Source of the DNA: Nitrososphaeraceae archaeon
GTDB lineage: Archaea > Thermoproteota > Nitrososphaeria > Nitrososphaerales > Nitrososphaeraceae
Assembly (NCBI GenBank): GCA_035250975.1
Contig: DATFEP010000064.1
Location: 32,001-96,000, forward strand
Direction of reading: 5' to 3'
Length of the DNA: 64,000 nt
The notes under the pieces were generated by a model. That model ran no database searches. It was not told where the DNA came from and was given only the letters and a program-made list of their open reading frames with translations. Positions within the stretch are counted from its first letter, which is position 1, and each line of letters starts with the position of its first letter. Of the stretch, positions 31,999 through 42,184 are shown piece after piece. The position numbers and the translations under genes were made by a program.

Positions 31999-33054
31999 AT
32001 GGAAAAAAAGAGAATAAGTCTAGCACACGGAGCAGGTGGTGTGCTTATGAATAACCTGATTAAAAACCAAATCTTGAAATACTTTAGTTTAAACCATCAT
32101 GAAGTTTCCTTAAATGCTCTAGACGATGCGGGTATAACTGAAGGCATTGTTTTTACTACAGATTCTTATACAGTAAAACCGCTTTTTTTTCCTGGAGGTA
32201 ATATAGGTGTAATGTCTGTTGCGGGAACCGTAAACGATATTGCAGTAATGGGTGGAAAACCCTTAGTGCTATCATGTAGTATGATAATTGAAGAAGGCTT
32301 CTCAATTGAGGAGTTAGACCTAATTATAAAAAGCATTCAAGAAACATGCATTCAAGCTGACGTGGATATAATTACAGGAGACACCAAAGTTCTAGAAAGA
32401 AATGCGTTGGACAAACTAATTATTAATACTTCTGCTGTTGGTAAAAAAAGTCAATACTTAGAAAAAAATCTAAAGATTGTAAAAAGATACAACCCCAACT
32501 TTAATTCTGATTGGTTACTTGATTCAAATATTGAGAAGGGGCACAAAATAATAATTTCAGGAACACTAGGTGATCATGGGGTTGCGATAATGTCTGCAAG
32601 AAATGAATATGGTTTGGAGAGTCAAGTAGAATCAGATGTTGCACCATTAAATAATTTGATTCAAAAAGGGCTTGATGTCGGAGGCGTAGTAAGCATAAAG
32701 GATCCCACGCGTGGAGGACTTGCAAATCTTCTAAATGAATGGTCTGAGAAATCAAAAACTGGTTTTATAATTCTTGAAAAAGATATTCCCGTTAAAGAAA
32801 GCGTGAGAAGTGCATTAGGATTTCTTGGACTTGATGTATTAGAAATAGGAAATGAAGGAAAAATTTGCCTAGCGGTAATACCGGAAAAAGCAGAAGAAAT
32901 ACTAGGTATCTTGAGAGAAACACCAGAAGGTAAGGATGCGATGATAATTGGAGAGGCAACAGACGAATTTGATTTACCTATCCTGGAAACTCAGATAGGC
33001 GGTAGAAGAATCCTTGCAAAACCTGCAGCAGATCCTATTCCCAGAATATGCTAG
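31999..33054 (+). CDS. hypE: Carbamoyl dehydratase HypE
   Basis: HGAGG, TTDSY, GTVND, GDTKV, KDPTRGG, NEGK, C-terminal PRIC. Confidence 0.96.
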   Translation: MEKKRISLAHGAGGVLMNNLIKNQILKYFSLNHHEVSLNALDDAGITEGIVFTTDSYTVKPLFFPGGNIGVMSVAGTVNDIAVMGGKPLVLSCSMIIEEGFSIEELDLIIKSIQETCIQADVDIITGDTKVLERNALDKLIINTSAVGKKSQYLEKNLKIVKRYNPNFNSDWLLDSNIEKGHKIIISGTLGDHGVAIMSARNEYGLESQVESDVAPLNNLIQKGLDVGGVVSIKDPTRGGLANLLNEWSEKSKTGFIILEKDIPVKESVRSALGFLGLDVLEIGNEGKICLAVIPEKAEEILGILRETPEGKDAMIIGEATDEFDLPILETQIGGRRILAKPAADPIPRIC

Positions 33055-33333
33055 GTGATATCGTTGTTTAGAGGAGTAGAAGATCGTGTCAACAAAAAAT
33101 TAATTTGTAAAGTTTGCGGATATATTGAATATAATTTTCCAAAACATCACGAAATGCCTATGAGATGGATTACAACCGGTAGTTTTAATAAAGAAGAACT
33201 TTTGAAATGTCAAAAATGTGACTATACAATACCGATCTTAATACATTGTAATGTGTCAATGTTTTATTCTGAAGGGGATTATCTTGATTTACCTGAATTT
33301 ACAAAAAAAGATTATCAGGATATAGACAAATAA
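33055..33333 (+). CDS. Small tandem Cys/His metal-binding protein
   Basis: CKVC...HHEMPM and CQKC...HCNVSM repeats; GTG start directly after the hypE stop. Confidence 0.65.
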   Translation: MISLFRGVEDRVNKKLICKVCGYIEYNFPKHHEMPMRWITTGSFNKEELLKCQKCDYTIPILIHCNVSMFYSEGDYLDLPEFTKKDYQDIDK

Positions 33334-33334
33334 A

Positions 33335-33709
33335 GTGATTATGTTGTCATTTTTCTGGCATTTAAAATTTGCTATTTTTATGTTTGAGATCGCTAAATCT
33401 GAATTGAATAAAAATAATTATGTAGTAGCTAATGCTGTCATTAAAACTTTTACAGAGATAATAGATGCCTATTTATCGAAGGCGAATAATCTTATTGATG
33501 AAGCAAGTTTAGAGGGATGGAAAGAAAGAATCCATTGGATGAGTGAAAATAATCATGAATTATTAAATGAATGGAAAATGGTGAATTCTCTTTGTTTTGA
33601 GATGATGAATCAGGGAAAATACTACAACAACGTTGCAATAAAATTAATAGAAATAGTTCAAAATAGACTAAATAAGATTGGATCAGATGATTACGGGGAT
33701 TACTTTTAA
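33335..33709 (+). CDS. Hypothetical helical protein
   Basis: 124-aa ORF starting 1 nt after the previous stop. Confidence 0.5.
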   Translation: MIMLSFFWHLKFAIFMFEIAKSELNKNNYVVANAVIKTFTEIIDAYLSKANNLIDEASLEGWKERIHWMSENNHELLNEWKMVNSLCFEMMNQGKYYNNVAIKLIEIVQNRLNKIGSDDYGDYF

Positions 33710-33719
33710 TTTGATTGAT

Positions 33720-34373
33720 CTAATTCGTCAACTTTTTAACCACTAGGCATTTTGCCCACTCTTCGCATAAATCAACTACAAATTTTGCTTCATGAATGCA
33801 TCTGCCCACACCTATAACTCCATGGTTCAATAATATTATTAATCCAAACGGAACTACACAATCAAATTTACTTGCCTTACCCACGAGATTTCCTAATCCC
33901 TTAGACCCGAGTTGTTTGTACTCAACTATCAAGGGTTTATCATGTAATACTTTTGGAAAAGCGATGGATGGTGTTCCTGCTAATGTCCATATACCTTCAT
34001 TGTCTATATTTACTAGTTTAGAAGACAGAAAATATCCTGAGGTATAGGGATTATGAACGTGACATACTGCATTAATATCTGATCTGTTTTTATATATTTC
34101 AGTGTGAAAAGGAACTTCGATAGTTGGTTTAAGGTTTCCCTTCAAAACATTTCCATCCAAGTCGATTAACAATAGATCGTCTGAAGTTATATGTGATCTT
34201 GGATATCCAGATGGAGTGATCCAAATTTGATTATCTAATTTTGAACGAAAACTATGGTTTCCACCACCAACCGAAACCAACCCATGGGAAAAAAAATACT
34301 TTATAGCAGATATTAATTCATTTTTAAACATATGTTCGTCATATACTTTACAAATATCACAAAACATCTTCAT
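33720..34373 (-). CDS. Class II aldolase/adducin-family protein with intact metal site
   Basis: GGNHS, ITPSG, PTIE...H, CHVHNPY, LLNHG; N-terminal CDIC. Confidence 0.88.
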   Translation of the reverse strand: MKMFCDICKVYDEHMFKNELISAIKYFFSHGLVSVGGGNHSFRSKLDNQIWITPSGYPRSHITSDDLLLIDLDGNVLKGNLKPTIEVPFHTEIYKNRSDINAVCHVHNPYTSGYFLSSKLVNIDNEGIWTLAGTPSIAFPKVLHDKPLIVEYKQLGSKGLGNLVGKASKFDCVVPFGLIILLNHGVIGVGRCIHEAKFVVDLCEEWAKCLVVKKLTN

Positions 34374-34917
34374 TTGTGTGTACCATTCATTTAATTTTAA
34401 CTTAATTGTTAGGAAAGATAGCTGTTTCCCAAAATTAAATGATAATATCTTTTGAAATGCCGTTATCTTATAAATATTAGAGTAGTATATGAAAAATTAG
34501 AGGGACTGATAATTTTTACATTATCTAACTATGTAGAGGTGAACATCATAATTATTGGATACACGAAGTATGTTTGATTATGTGATTTGTTTTATCCTGA
34601 TTAAATAATATGATCTTAATGATCGGTTTGCTGAAACCAACCGTATAGAATCTTTTTTGTTTTTTTGAAATTGTTTTGCATCTCCTTAACTGTTTTTATT
34701 TAACTCGTCAAGTTGGTATAATAGTTTTCTATGTTATATATCAAGTATTTTTTTCATCATAGGTCTGTACTCCTGCATTACGATATAGAAATCATGAAAT
34801 TAACATTAGATGAAAATAACAAGATAATTATTACCAAACTAGAAGTTTAGAAAAATATTTAAAAATAAAGAAAAAAATTTAGGATGAGCTAGATGAAAAT
34901 ATACTTTGTTTATTTAG

Positions 34918-35346
34918 TTAGGGGAATAGATGTAAATGTATACCTTCTAGATTGAAAAGTGATCCGCTGCCTTGTAACTTAAGATTTACTTCACTATTTT
35001 CTTTCCATCCTGCTTTTACTAATGCAGAACCAGCTAAATCTCCTCCACCTCCTACTAATGTAAGATTTTGGTTAACTGTGTTAGATGAATTACTTTTAAT
35101 TTTAACCAATAATTCTTTATCATTTACTATATCAATTCCTGAAATTTGTATTCCCTTAACTGAACTCATCAGATGATAAGTGGATTTAGAATAATGTGGA
35201 GGCATCGTCTTCATCATTTTTCCCATGTCCATTGCTTTCATTTGGTGACCAGTTTGCATTGCTTTGGAATCATTCTTAATCATATCTTTCCCAGTCATTT
35301 CCATCATCATTACATTCTTTTTTACCATAAACATCCGGATATGCAA
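34918..35346 (-). CDS. Met-rich protein, possibly 5'-truncated
   Basis: Met/His-rich N-terminal third followed by a beta domain ending HLHLFP; no signal peptide; start uncertain. Confidence 0.55.
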   Translation of the reverse strand: MHIRMFMVKKNVMMMEMTGKDMIKNDSKAMQTGHQMKAMDMGKMMKTMPPHYSKSTYHLMSSVKGIQISGIDIVNDKELLVKIKSNSSNTVNQNLTLVGGGGDLAGSALVKAGWKENSEVNLKLQGSGSLFNLEGIHLHLFP

Positions 35347-35515
35347 AGATGGTTTATACCATCGATAGAAACCAATATCTCTCTAGACTTATATTTAAAA
35401 TGAATTCATCTTATTGTACTTTCTCAGTGTAATTGAATACCGTAATTAGTACATTTACTCTTAATTAGTTATTTTAACCTATAGCTTGTGTAATTCAAAA
35501 CTACGAGGCATTGAA

Positions 35516-36556
35516 ATGATTAATAATAAAAATAAAATAAATCAAATTTTTATTTCATCTATCGTTGTTTTGATTGTGTTGATATCGACATTTTATATTT
35601 TTACTATCTTGCTTTCGTGGAATAGTTATAATATAGACGTTTTTGGTATCGAAAACAAATCTGATAAAAATAAGGAAAATAAAACATTAGAACAGCATGC
35701 AACTATTGCTTTTGGAGAATACAACTTTATTGCGGTAGGTGACTATTACTGTAACAAAGAAACAGAAAAAACTATACAAAAAATACTATCAATAAATCCA
35801 GAAGTGGTTATCACAACAGGAGACCATGTAAAAAAAGTAAAATCTGCAGATTGTTGGAAAAAAATGTCTCAGCCACTTAAAGATAAAATGAGAATAGCAA
35901 TTGGTAATCATGATGCAGAATATTCTAACATCTATAAAGAGATTATAGATTATCATAATATAAAAAGTCCTTTTTATTCACATGACTTTGAAAATATCCA
36001 TTTCATAAGCATGTCCACAGAGCATGCTTTTGAAGAAGGAAGCAAACAATATGAATTTGTTAAGAGTGATCTAGAGAAAACATCAAAGAATCCAAATATC
36101 GACTGGCTAATAATCCATCAACATAAATCACTGTATTCTACAAAACAGGACAAAGATTTGGCGAAAGAGCTAAGGCAAACGTATCATAAACTCTTTCAAG
36201 AATATGGTGTAGACATGGTAATTTCAGGTCATAATCAGTATTATGAAAGAACATATCCAATTCTATATAATGCCAATGAAGAATTAATAAATAATAAATC
36301 AGGTAGTCCAAAACCGATAGTCGCAGTAAATGACAAAGCTGAATATCCACCAACTAATGGCATAATATTTTTAACTGTAGGAACAGGTGGAGATAAACTA
36401 GATAAAGTCAAGGAAAATCATGGTTATTACGTAATTCAGGAAAGTGAGTATGGTTTCTTAAATGTTAAAATAGAAAATAACGGTAAGAAACTTGTAGGAG
36501 AATTTTACACAAATAAAGGAGATGTTATAGACAGTTTTATATTAAATAAAATATAA
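35516..36556 (+). CDS. Membrane-anchored calcineurin-like metallophosphoesterase
   Basis: N-terminal TM, VGD, TGD, GNHD, HQH, GHNQYYER. Confidence 0.85.
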   Translation: MINNKNKINQIFISSIVVLIVLISTFYIFTILLSWNSYNIDVFGIENKSDKNKENKTLEQHATIAFGEYNFIAVGDYYCNKETEKTIQKILSINPEVVITTGDHVKKVKSADCWKKMSQPLKDKMRIAIGNHDAEYSNIYKEIIDYHNIKSPFYSHDFENIHFISMSTEHAFEEGSKQYEFVKSDLEKTSKNPNIDWLIIHQHKSLYSTKQDKDLAKELRQTYHKLFQEYGVDMVISGHNQYYERTYPILYNANEELINNKSGSPKPIVAVNDKAEYPPTNGIIFLTVGTGGDKLDKVKENHGYYVIQESEYGFLNVKIENNGKKLVGEFYTNKGDVIDSFILNKI

Positions 36557-36782
36557 ATAGATTTATTAGATGACGATGATTTTTGGAAGAACTATAAAAC
36601 TATGTCTTAAAATCAATCTAATTCTATACATTTTATTGGAACATATAATGAAAATACTAAAGATGAAAATTTTTTTATATTAATTCCTAATCTATGGTAA
36701 ACCCTTTTGCACTTTGATTTTATAATATTTTAGATTACCGATCTTAATTTCAATACAAAAAAGATCAGATGAAAATTTTTGA

Positions 36783-37706
36783 TTATCTTGCCGCTAATGA
36801 ATTGACTTTATCCAGATCTTTTATTATTCTCTTTTCACATTCTGTCCCCTCTGGCGGTTTTAATCCTTCTCCTGATACACATGCATGAAATCTTTCTCCA
36901 GGTTGTATTTTTCCTATATCTGTGTCTCTGTCAAAAGCAAATACTCTTTCTATTGTATAACCCCCAATTTTATCAAATTCTTTTTGAACGTCAACCACTT
37001 CAGATTGAATCTGACCTTTTAGCATTGCCATCACCTTGATTTTTTTCGTGTCTTTTTTATCTTCTAACGGTACAATTACCTTTACTTTTACCTTCTGTTG
37101 ATTAGCTAGATTGATATCCGCATTAGGACTAGCAGTAGCATTTGATCCTATAATACCATTACTTAATGAAGAAAACGCCGTTATCTTGTTTTTTCCATAT
37201 AAATTATAGTAGTCTATACTTTTTTGGTATACTTGCGATAATGGTTTGAACAGACTAGCCTTGGTAGGTCCAGTAGTAGATTTTATATCTCCTTCATTGC
37301 AATCAAAATGATGTATTGAATCCTCTTTATTTTTAATATGATATGCACAAACAAAAAATTCATCTGGTGATTTAGCATTAACTATCTCATTCTCTCTATC
37401 AGCTATAAATTTAACTGACAATTTCTGGGTTGAGTTACTTATATTTGATAAAGGAATATCCTTGGAAAATTCTTGTGCGTTTATAAAACCAACCACTCTA
37501 AGAAATCCTGTTTTTTCTATATTCTGTAAATTAATATTTGATATTACAATCAAATCATCATCATTAGTAGATTTTTTATCTTTACTTTGAATATCAATTG
37601 TATTTACTGCTGCTAACGCTGATACAATTACGACAGTTGTTATAAAAAAGCTTGTTAAGAGCAGTGTAATGGATATAATAATAAGTGATGTAACATGAAA
37701 GCACAA
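36783..37706 (-). CDS. Exported hypothetical protein with two similar Cys-pair domains
   Basis: Signal/TM; PDEFFVC...FDCNE and GERFHAC...TECEK. Confidence 0.6.
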   Translation of the reverse strand: MCFHVTSLIIISITLLLTSFFITTVVIVSALAAVNTIDIQSKDKKSTNDDDLIVISNINLQNIEKTGFLRVVGFINAQEFSKDIPLSNISNSTQKLSVKFIADRENEIVNAKSPDEFFVCAYHIKNKEDSIHHFDCNEGDIKSTTGPTKASLFKPLSQVYQKSIDYYNLYGKNKITAFSSLSNGIIGSNATASPNADINLANQQKVKVKVIVPLEDKKDTKKIKVMAMLKGQIQSEVVDVQKEFDKIGGYTIERVFAFDRDTDIGKIQPGERFHACVSGEGLKPPEGTECEKRIIKDLDKVNSLAAR

Positions 37707-38071
37707 TGCATATCAAGTTAATATAAGATTGTAAAAAAGAATCTATTAAAATATAATTGATGAATGGTCCTATTTCCTTTTTGCAGACATAACAAGCTTT
37801 AGCCATTATTAAAAATAAATCATGTTGATAATTAACAATATTGACTCAAATGAAATACTTACGATTTCAAATTCTACCTTAACATCATTTTCTATTCTTC
37901 TAATAGTGAATAATTCAGAATGATAGAATATTAGAACATTAGATAATGTTCCTTTTAACCTTAGATATATTAAAATCTAAAGATCATTTTTTACTAATTA
38001 TCTTACTATAGTAGATTCAGAATGTTAAAGGATCAAGAGAGATGAGATACGAACAACCCGAAAGAGAATTA

Positions 38072-38467
38072 TTAATTTATAAATTTCTCTCTTTCCTTTT
38101 GAATTAAAGGAATAATTTTTTTCATTATTATTTCATCATAATTACTTTCCTCAAAATCTATAGTCAAAAATAGATAATAATTTTCATTGATTGGGATTAT
38201 AGATCTACCAAACTTTTCATATTTTCCAAACGCATATGTTAATTTTCCTATTTTTGGTTCAAATTTTAACCTTGATTTATGTCTAATTATGGCATTAGCT
38301 GCAGATTCATGCATCTCTTCTTTAGCGAGGAATGGTTTTAATCCTTCTCTATATCGTTCATTTATAATATCACCGTTTTCATTGATTATACTAACCCATC
38401 TTATAGACTGATTACAAGTGATTATATTTTCAATAAAAATAGAATGAAATTCATTATTTAATACCAT
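38072..38467 (-). CDS. Thaumarchaeal roadblock-like protein (DUF6659-like)
   Basis: IRWVSIINENG, REGLKPFL, IGKLTYAFGKYEK. Confidence 0.7.
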   Translation of the reverse strand: MVLNNEFHSIFIENIITCNQSIRWVSIINENGDIINERYREGLKPFLAKEEMHESAANAIIRHKSRLKFEPKIGKLTYAFGKYEKFGRSIIPINENYYLFLTIDFEESNYDEIIMKKIIPLIQKEREKFIN

Positions 38468-39684
38468 TTATTCATTAGGTAATTTTTTTATTCGTAATAA
38501 AAAAGTTATGTATGAGTATTATCATGAATAAAAAATTCTTTCACGATTAATTAACCTATTACTCTAGCGATATTACTAATACCAGCAATAACATGAGTCG
38601 CAGAAGATTTTTGTCTTGCTTGTTTGATTGGTTAGTGTATTGAATTTGCTTCTTTTTTTAGATGTCCAAGAACAAGGATTATTCTGCATTAAGTAAATAA
38701 ATAAATGAATTACATGAAATGTTCTGGATATTTTTTCTTTTCTTCGTCTATCTTTTTATTTATTTACTACGGTTAAAACACTTATCGTTATTTTGTTAGT
38801 AAAAGTAATCCACCAAATGGGCGTGAAGATTCTCTATAAGTTAAGTTATATACTTCTTTTTTTCTCTCTGCATTAGATTTATTAAGGTTAGTGCCGCAAA
38901 AATACATTATAGAGATTTTAGTGGTACCTGTAATATAGCATTACAGGTATTTAAGTGTTAGTATTAAGTGTTTAACAATAGAGAACTTTTTAGGATTTTA
39001 TTCGAATTTTGACTATAAAAAAATAAAAAATACTTATACTATAAAACGAGAATTGCAACTATTATAGTTGTATTGTTTAATTTCTTTTATTTAGTTAATT
39101 AATTATTTATTGATTATTAGTATATTATTTTTCCTTCATTATTTTGTTCATAGAGATCTACATCTGATTATAATCTTATGATAAGTACTGCTATAATTTC
39201 TACGAATCTACAAGTACAACTTTCACTAATCATCTTATCGATTTTATTTGTGAAAAATTACCTATCACGAGAGTACCTTTAATATATAGCAAATAATGAA
39301 TAGTTCTTCAAATATGTAGATTCTTATATAACAATGAAATACAAAAATAGGACACGGGATAAGGCTGAAAAACTTGTATACGAACGTTAGAAATTTTCAA
39401 ACAATGTGGAAAAAATGGTTTCCAAGATTTAACATGGTATGTTAAGTCTTGTGTGTACTCCACTTATGAATGATAAAAATATTTAACATAAATTTATGTC
39501 AGCAATTTTATTGATTCTTTCCCTGTTTTAACTTACTCTACTTCAGATTAATGGCCCGATTGTTTTTTTATTCTCCTTCGAATTCCGATTTATAAAGATT
39601 TGAGAATGATATTCATCTTACACTCTGGAAAATAATCCGATTAAATAATAAAGAGGCCTTTCTTTCTATTTGGTTATATCCAAA

Positions 39685-40845
39685 ATGGACTTAATGAGTA
39701 ACTTAAAGAATACAGCTGTGAATGAATTGTTAGAAAAGCCGATTCTTGCAGATGAAAAAGATTCTATTTCCACGATAATAAACACACTTATCGAAAATAA
39801 TGCGTACGATGTATTTGTAGGTTTTTCAGGAAAAATAGTTGGATACAATGTTCGTGATATAATAGGAGTTAGAGATATCGCTTCTTCAAAACTTTCTGCC
39901 ATTGGAAAGACGATCCCTATTTTATCTCCAACTAGTAAAATTTCCGAAGCAGCCAGAATATTGAGTTTGTATAGACGCAGGGCACTCCCAATAGTAGATA
40001 AACAAAATATCATAGGTCAAATATCTGCAAGAAAAATTGTGCAGAAGATAGATGAATATATGAAAAATGAGAAAAATATGAAATTTCCGGCATCATCGAT
40101 AATGTCAGGAAATCCAATTGTAATAAGCAGTAAGGATACAGTATCTTCTGCAAGGACAATTATGAGAAGGAGACGGATAGATCATTTGCCAGTAATCAAT
40201 AATGAAAAGCTCTCTGGGATTATAACTTCAACGGATATCATGCAAACAATGTTGCCCTCAGAAAGGATAGGTAGAAAAACAATAGGAGTCGATGCGGGTA
40301 AGTCAAGATATGATATGTCCATATCTGGAATAATTAATAAAGATGTAATAACAGCAGATATCACTGATAAACTTAGAACTGTGACAGATCTAATGACGAA
40401 CATGAATTCTACTTATTGCATTATGAAAGTCTCTGATGAAGTTCAAGGCATCATTACTTACAGCGACGTTATTTCCTTACTTCAAGAAGAAGAAAAGTTT
40501 GAAACTATTCCTATTTTTCTTATGGGACTGCCAGATGATCCTTTTGAGGCAGAGCTAGCAAAGTCAAAATTCAAAAATATAGTTCAATACATGAAAAAGA
40601 TTTATCCAGATATAGAACAAGCAAAATGTCGTATCAAAATGAGGGAGACTCCTTCTCCGAGAAAACGATATGAAGTTACGATAAACATTATGTCAACACA
40701 TTCTACTTACCACTACTCTGACATTGGTTGGGATCTTAAAAATATTTTTGATCAAATAAGTAATGCTATGAAGAAAAAAGTTGGGCAGAGAAGTAAACGG
40801 ACACAAAGGAATACTATGAGAAGAGTGGAGATTCCACAAGAGTAG
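39685..40845 (+). CDS. 4xCBS plus C-terminal HPF/RaiA-like domain; candidate archaeal ribosome hibernation factor
   Basis: Four CBS domains (RALPIV, DHLPVI, GIIT) followed by a basic domain with predicted beta-alpha-beta-beta-beta-alpha order (RKRYEVTINI...GWDL..IFD). Confidence 0.78.
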   Translation: MDLMSNLKNTAVNELLEKPILADEKDSISTIINTLIENNAYDVFVGFSGKIVGYNVRDIIGVRDIASSKLSAIGKTIPILSPTSKISEAARILSLYRRRALPIVDKQNIIGQISARKIVQKIDEYMKNEKNMKFPASSIMSGNPIVISSKDTVSSARTIMRRRRIDHLPVINNEKLSGIITSTDIMQTMLPSERIGRKTIGVDAGKSRYDMSISGIINKDVITADITDKLRTVTDLMTNMNSTYCIMKVSDEVQGIITYSDVISLLQEEEKFETIPIFLMGLPDDPFEAELAKSKFKNIVQYMKKIYPDIEQAKCRIKMRETPSPRKRYEVTINIMSTHSTYHYSDIGWDLKNIFDQISNAMKKKVGQRSKRTQRNTMRRVEIPQE

Positions 40846-42184
40846 GTACACGCAGACTAGCAAGTTCTACATGAAAATTATGGAATGAGATTGATAGCAG
40901 AAAGAACACAGATTTGTACATGATGAAGCGTAAAATTATAAAATCGTCGTGGAGAATATTTTACTGACTACATGAGGATAGAAGTTGGGATTTTAAGAGC
41001 CTAAAACATATCATTCCCTTGATAGTAAACGCATCAGAATGCAGGCTGTTTTGAGTGTACCAATACACCTTCCTAGGTATTTTCGAAATTCTTGGTCAAG
41101 TACAGGATTGAGCTTTAGATCTCATTAATTAAAGAGAATTTTCAAGATAAATATATTATACAATGACTATTGATGGCATTTTTGATCATTCTTATCAATT
41201 TCATGTCGTAATCCCTGAATTTCTGTTTTGTTAAATTGTTATGGGTATCTCCATGCATTCGTTTATCAATATTCTTTACGCACTACATTTCTAAATCAAG
41301 TCGGAAGAATGTTGAGTTTTTCGTCAACTGTTTGCATGAATGCCTTGACATTTCAAGTACCTAACACAATTCCCATGCCTGTTGCAAATCCAGTGATAAT
41401 TGTTGTCAGAAAGAATTTTTCAAAGGTGTTAGCTTTAGCAGGTGAAAATAAACTTTTATCCCTTCTTATCCTTCTTATAGTTGAACTTTTTTTTCTTTTC
41501 ACTACACTTTTTATATTGTTTTTCAGAATATTTAATAGCTTTTTTTATTGTTTTTTTAAATTTTAAAAAGTACATGGATCACGGAATGTATCAAATTTAT
41601 TTATTTAATGAATAAACATGACGACGTACAAAAATGTAAATATTAAATAATTTCGTCAATTTCTTACAGGTTTAAATGGAAAATACTGTAAATATTTAAT
41701 AAACAGCAATATATAAAATTATTGTTGTCAGAAAATATTAAGACATTGGGTATAAGGTTAACTATAAGACATATGAAAATTTTCCAAGTTATAGACTAGA
41801 ATCAGGGAATAAAACAAATACAATATTAACATAACAAGAAAAAAAGAATAATAAAAATAACCAGGTCCTATATAAACTAATAATGGAACAAAACATTCGC
41901 TGGATAGAAAAATTTTGCATATTGCCTATTAAACACAGAAATAACTAAAAGGGTACATCAGAATATCCCACATTCCAGCATTACTTGTGAATCAAGACAT
42001 AACAAGCAGATACAGCTGTAACATTTAATAAAGAATGAAGGTTTATCAGATCGAATTTTACAAAATATCTATTATATTGAAAATATGGTCTATTCTTTTA
42101 TTTTTGTTTAGGAGTTTGAAAGGAAAAAGATCTACATTATTAACCTCATTGTCAGATAGAATCTGAACAAGTAGAGAAGAGTAG

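Noticed and set aside
33720-34373. Assigning mtnB or fucA to the aldolase
   Set aside because: No methionine-salvage or fucose genes nearby; specificity cannot be read from the sequence
40994-41120. Possible second IS5 end (AGAGCCTA; minus-strand EFRKY...ACILMRLL)
   Set aside because: Similarity too short to support without a search
41228-41566. 112-aa ORF and a broken minus-strand hydrophobic frame
   Set aside because: Low-complexity composition, TTG start, no family motifs
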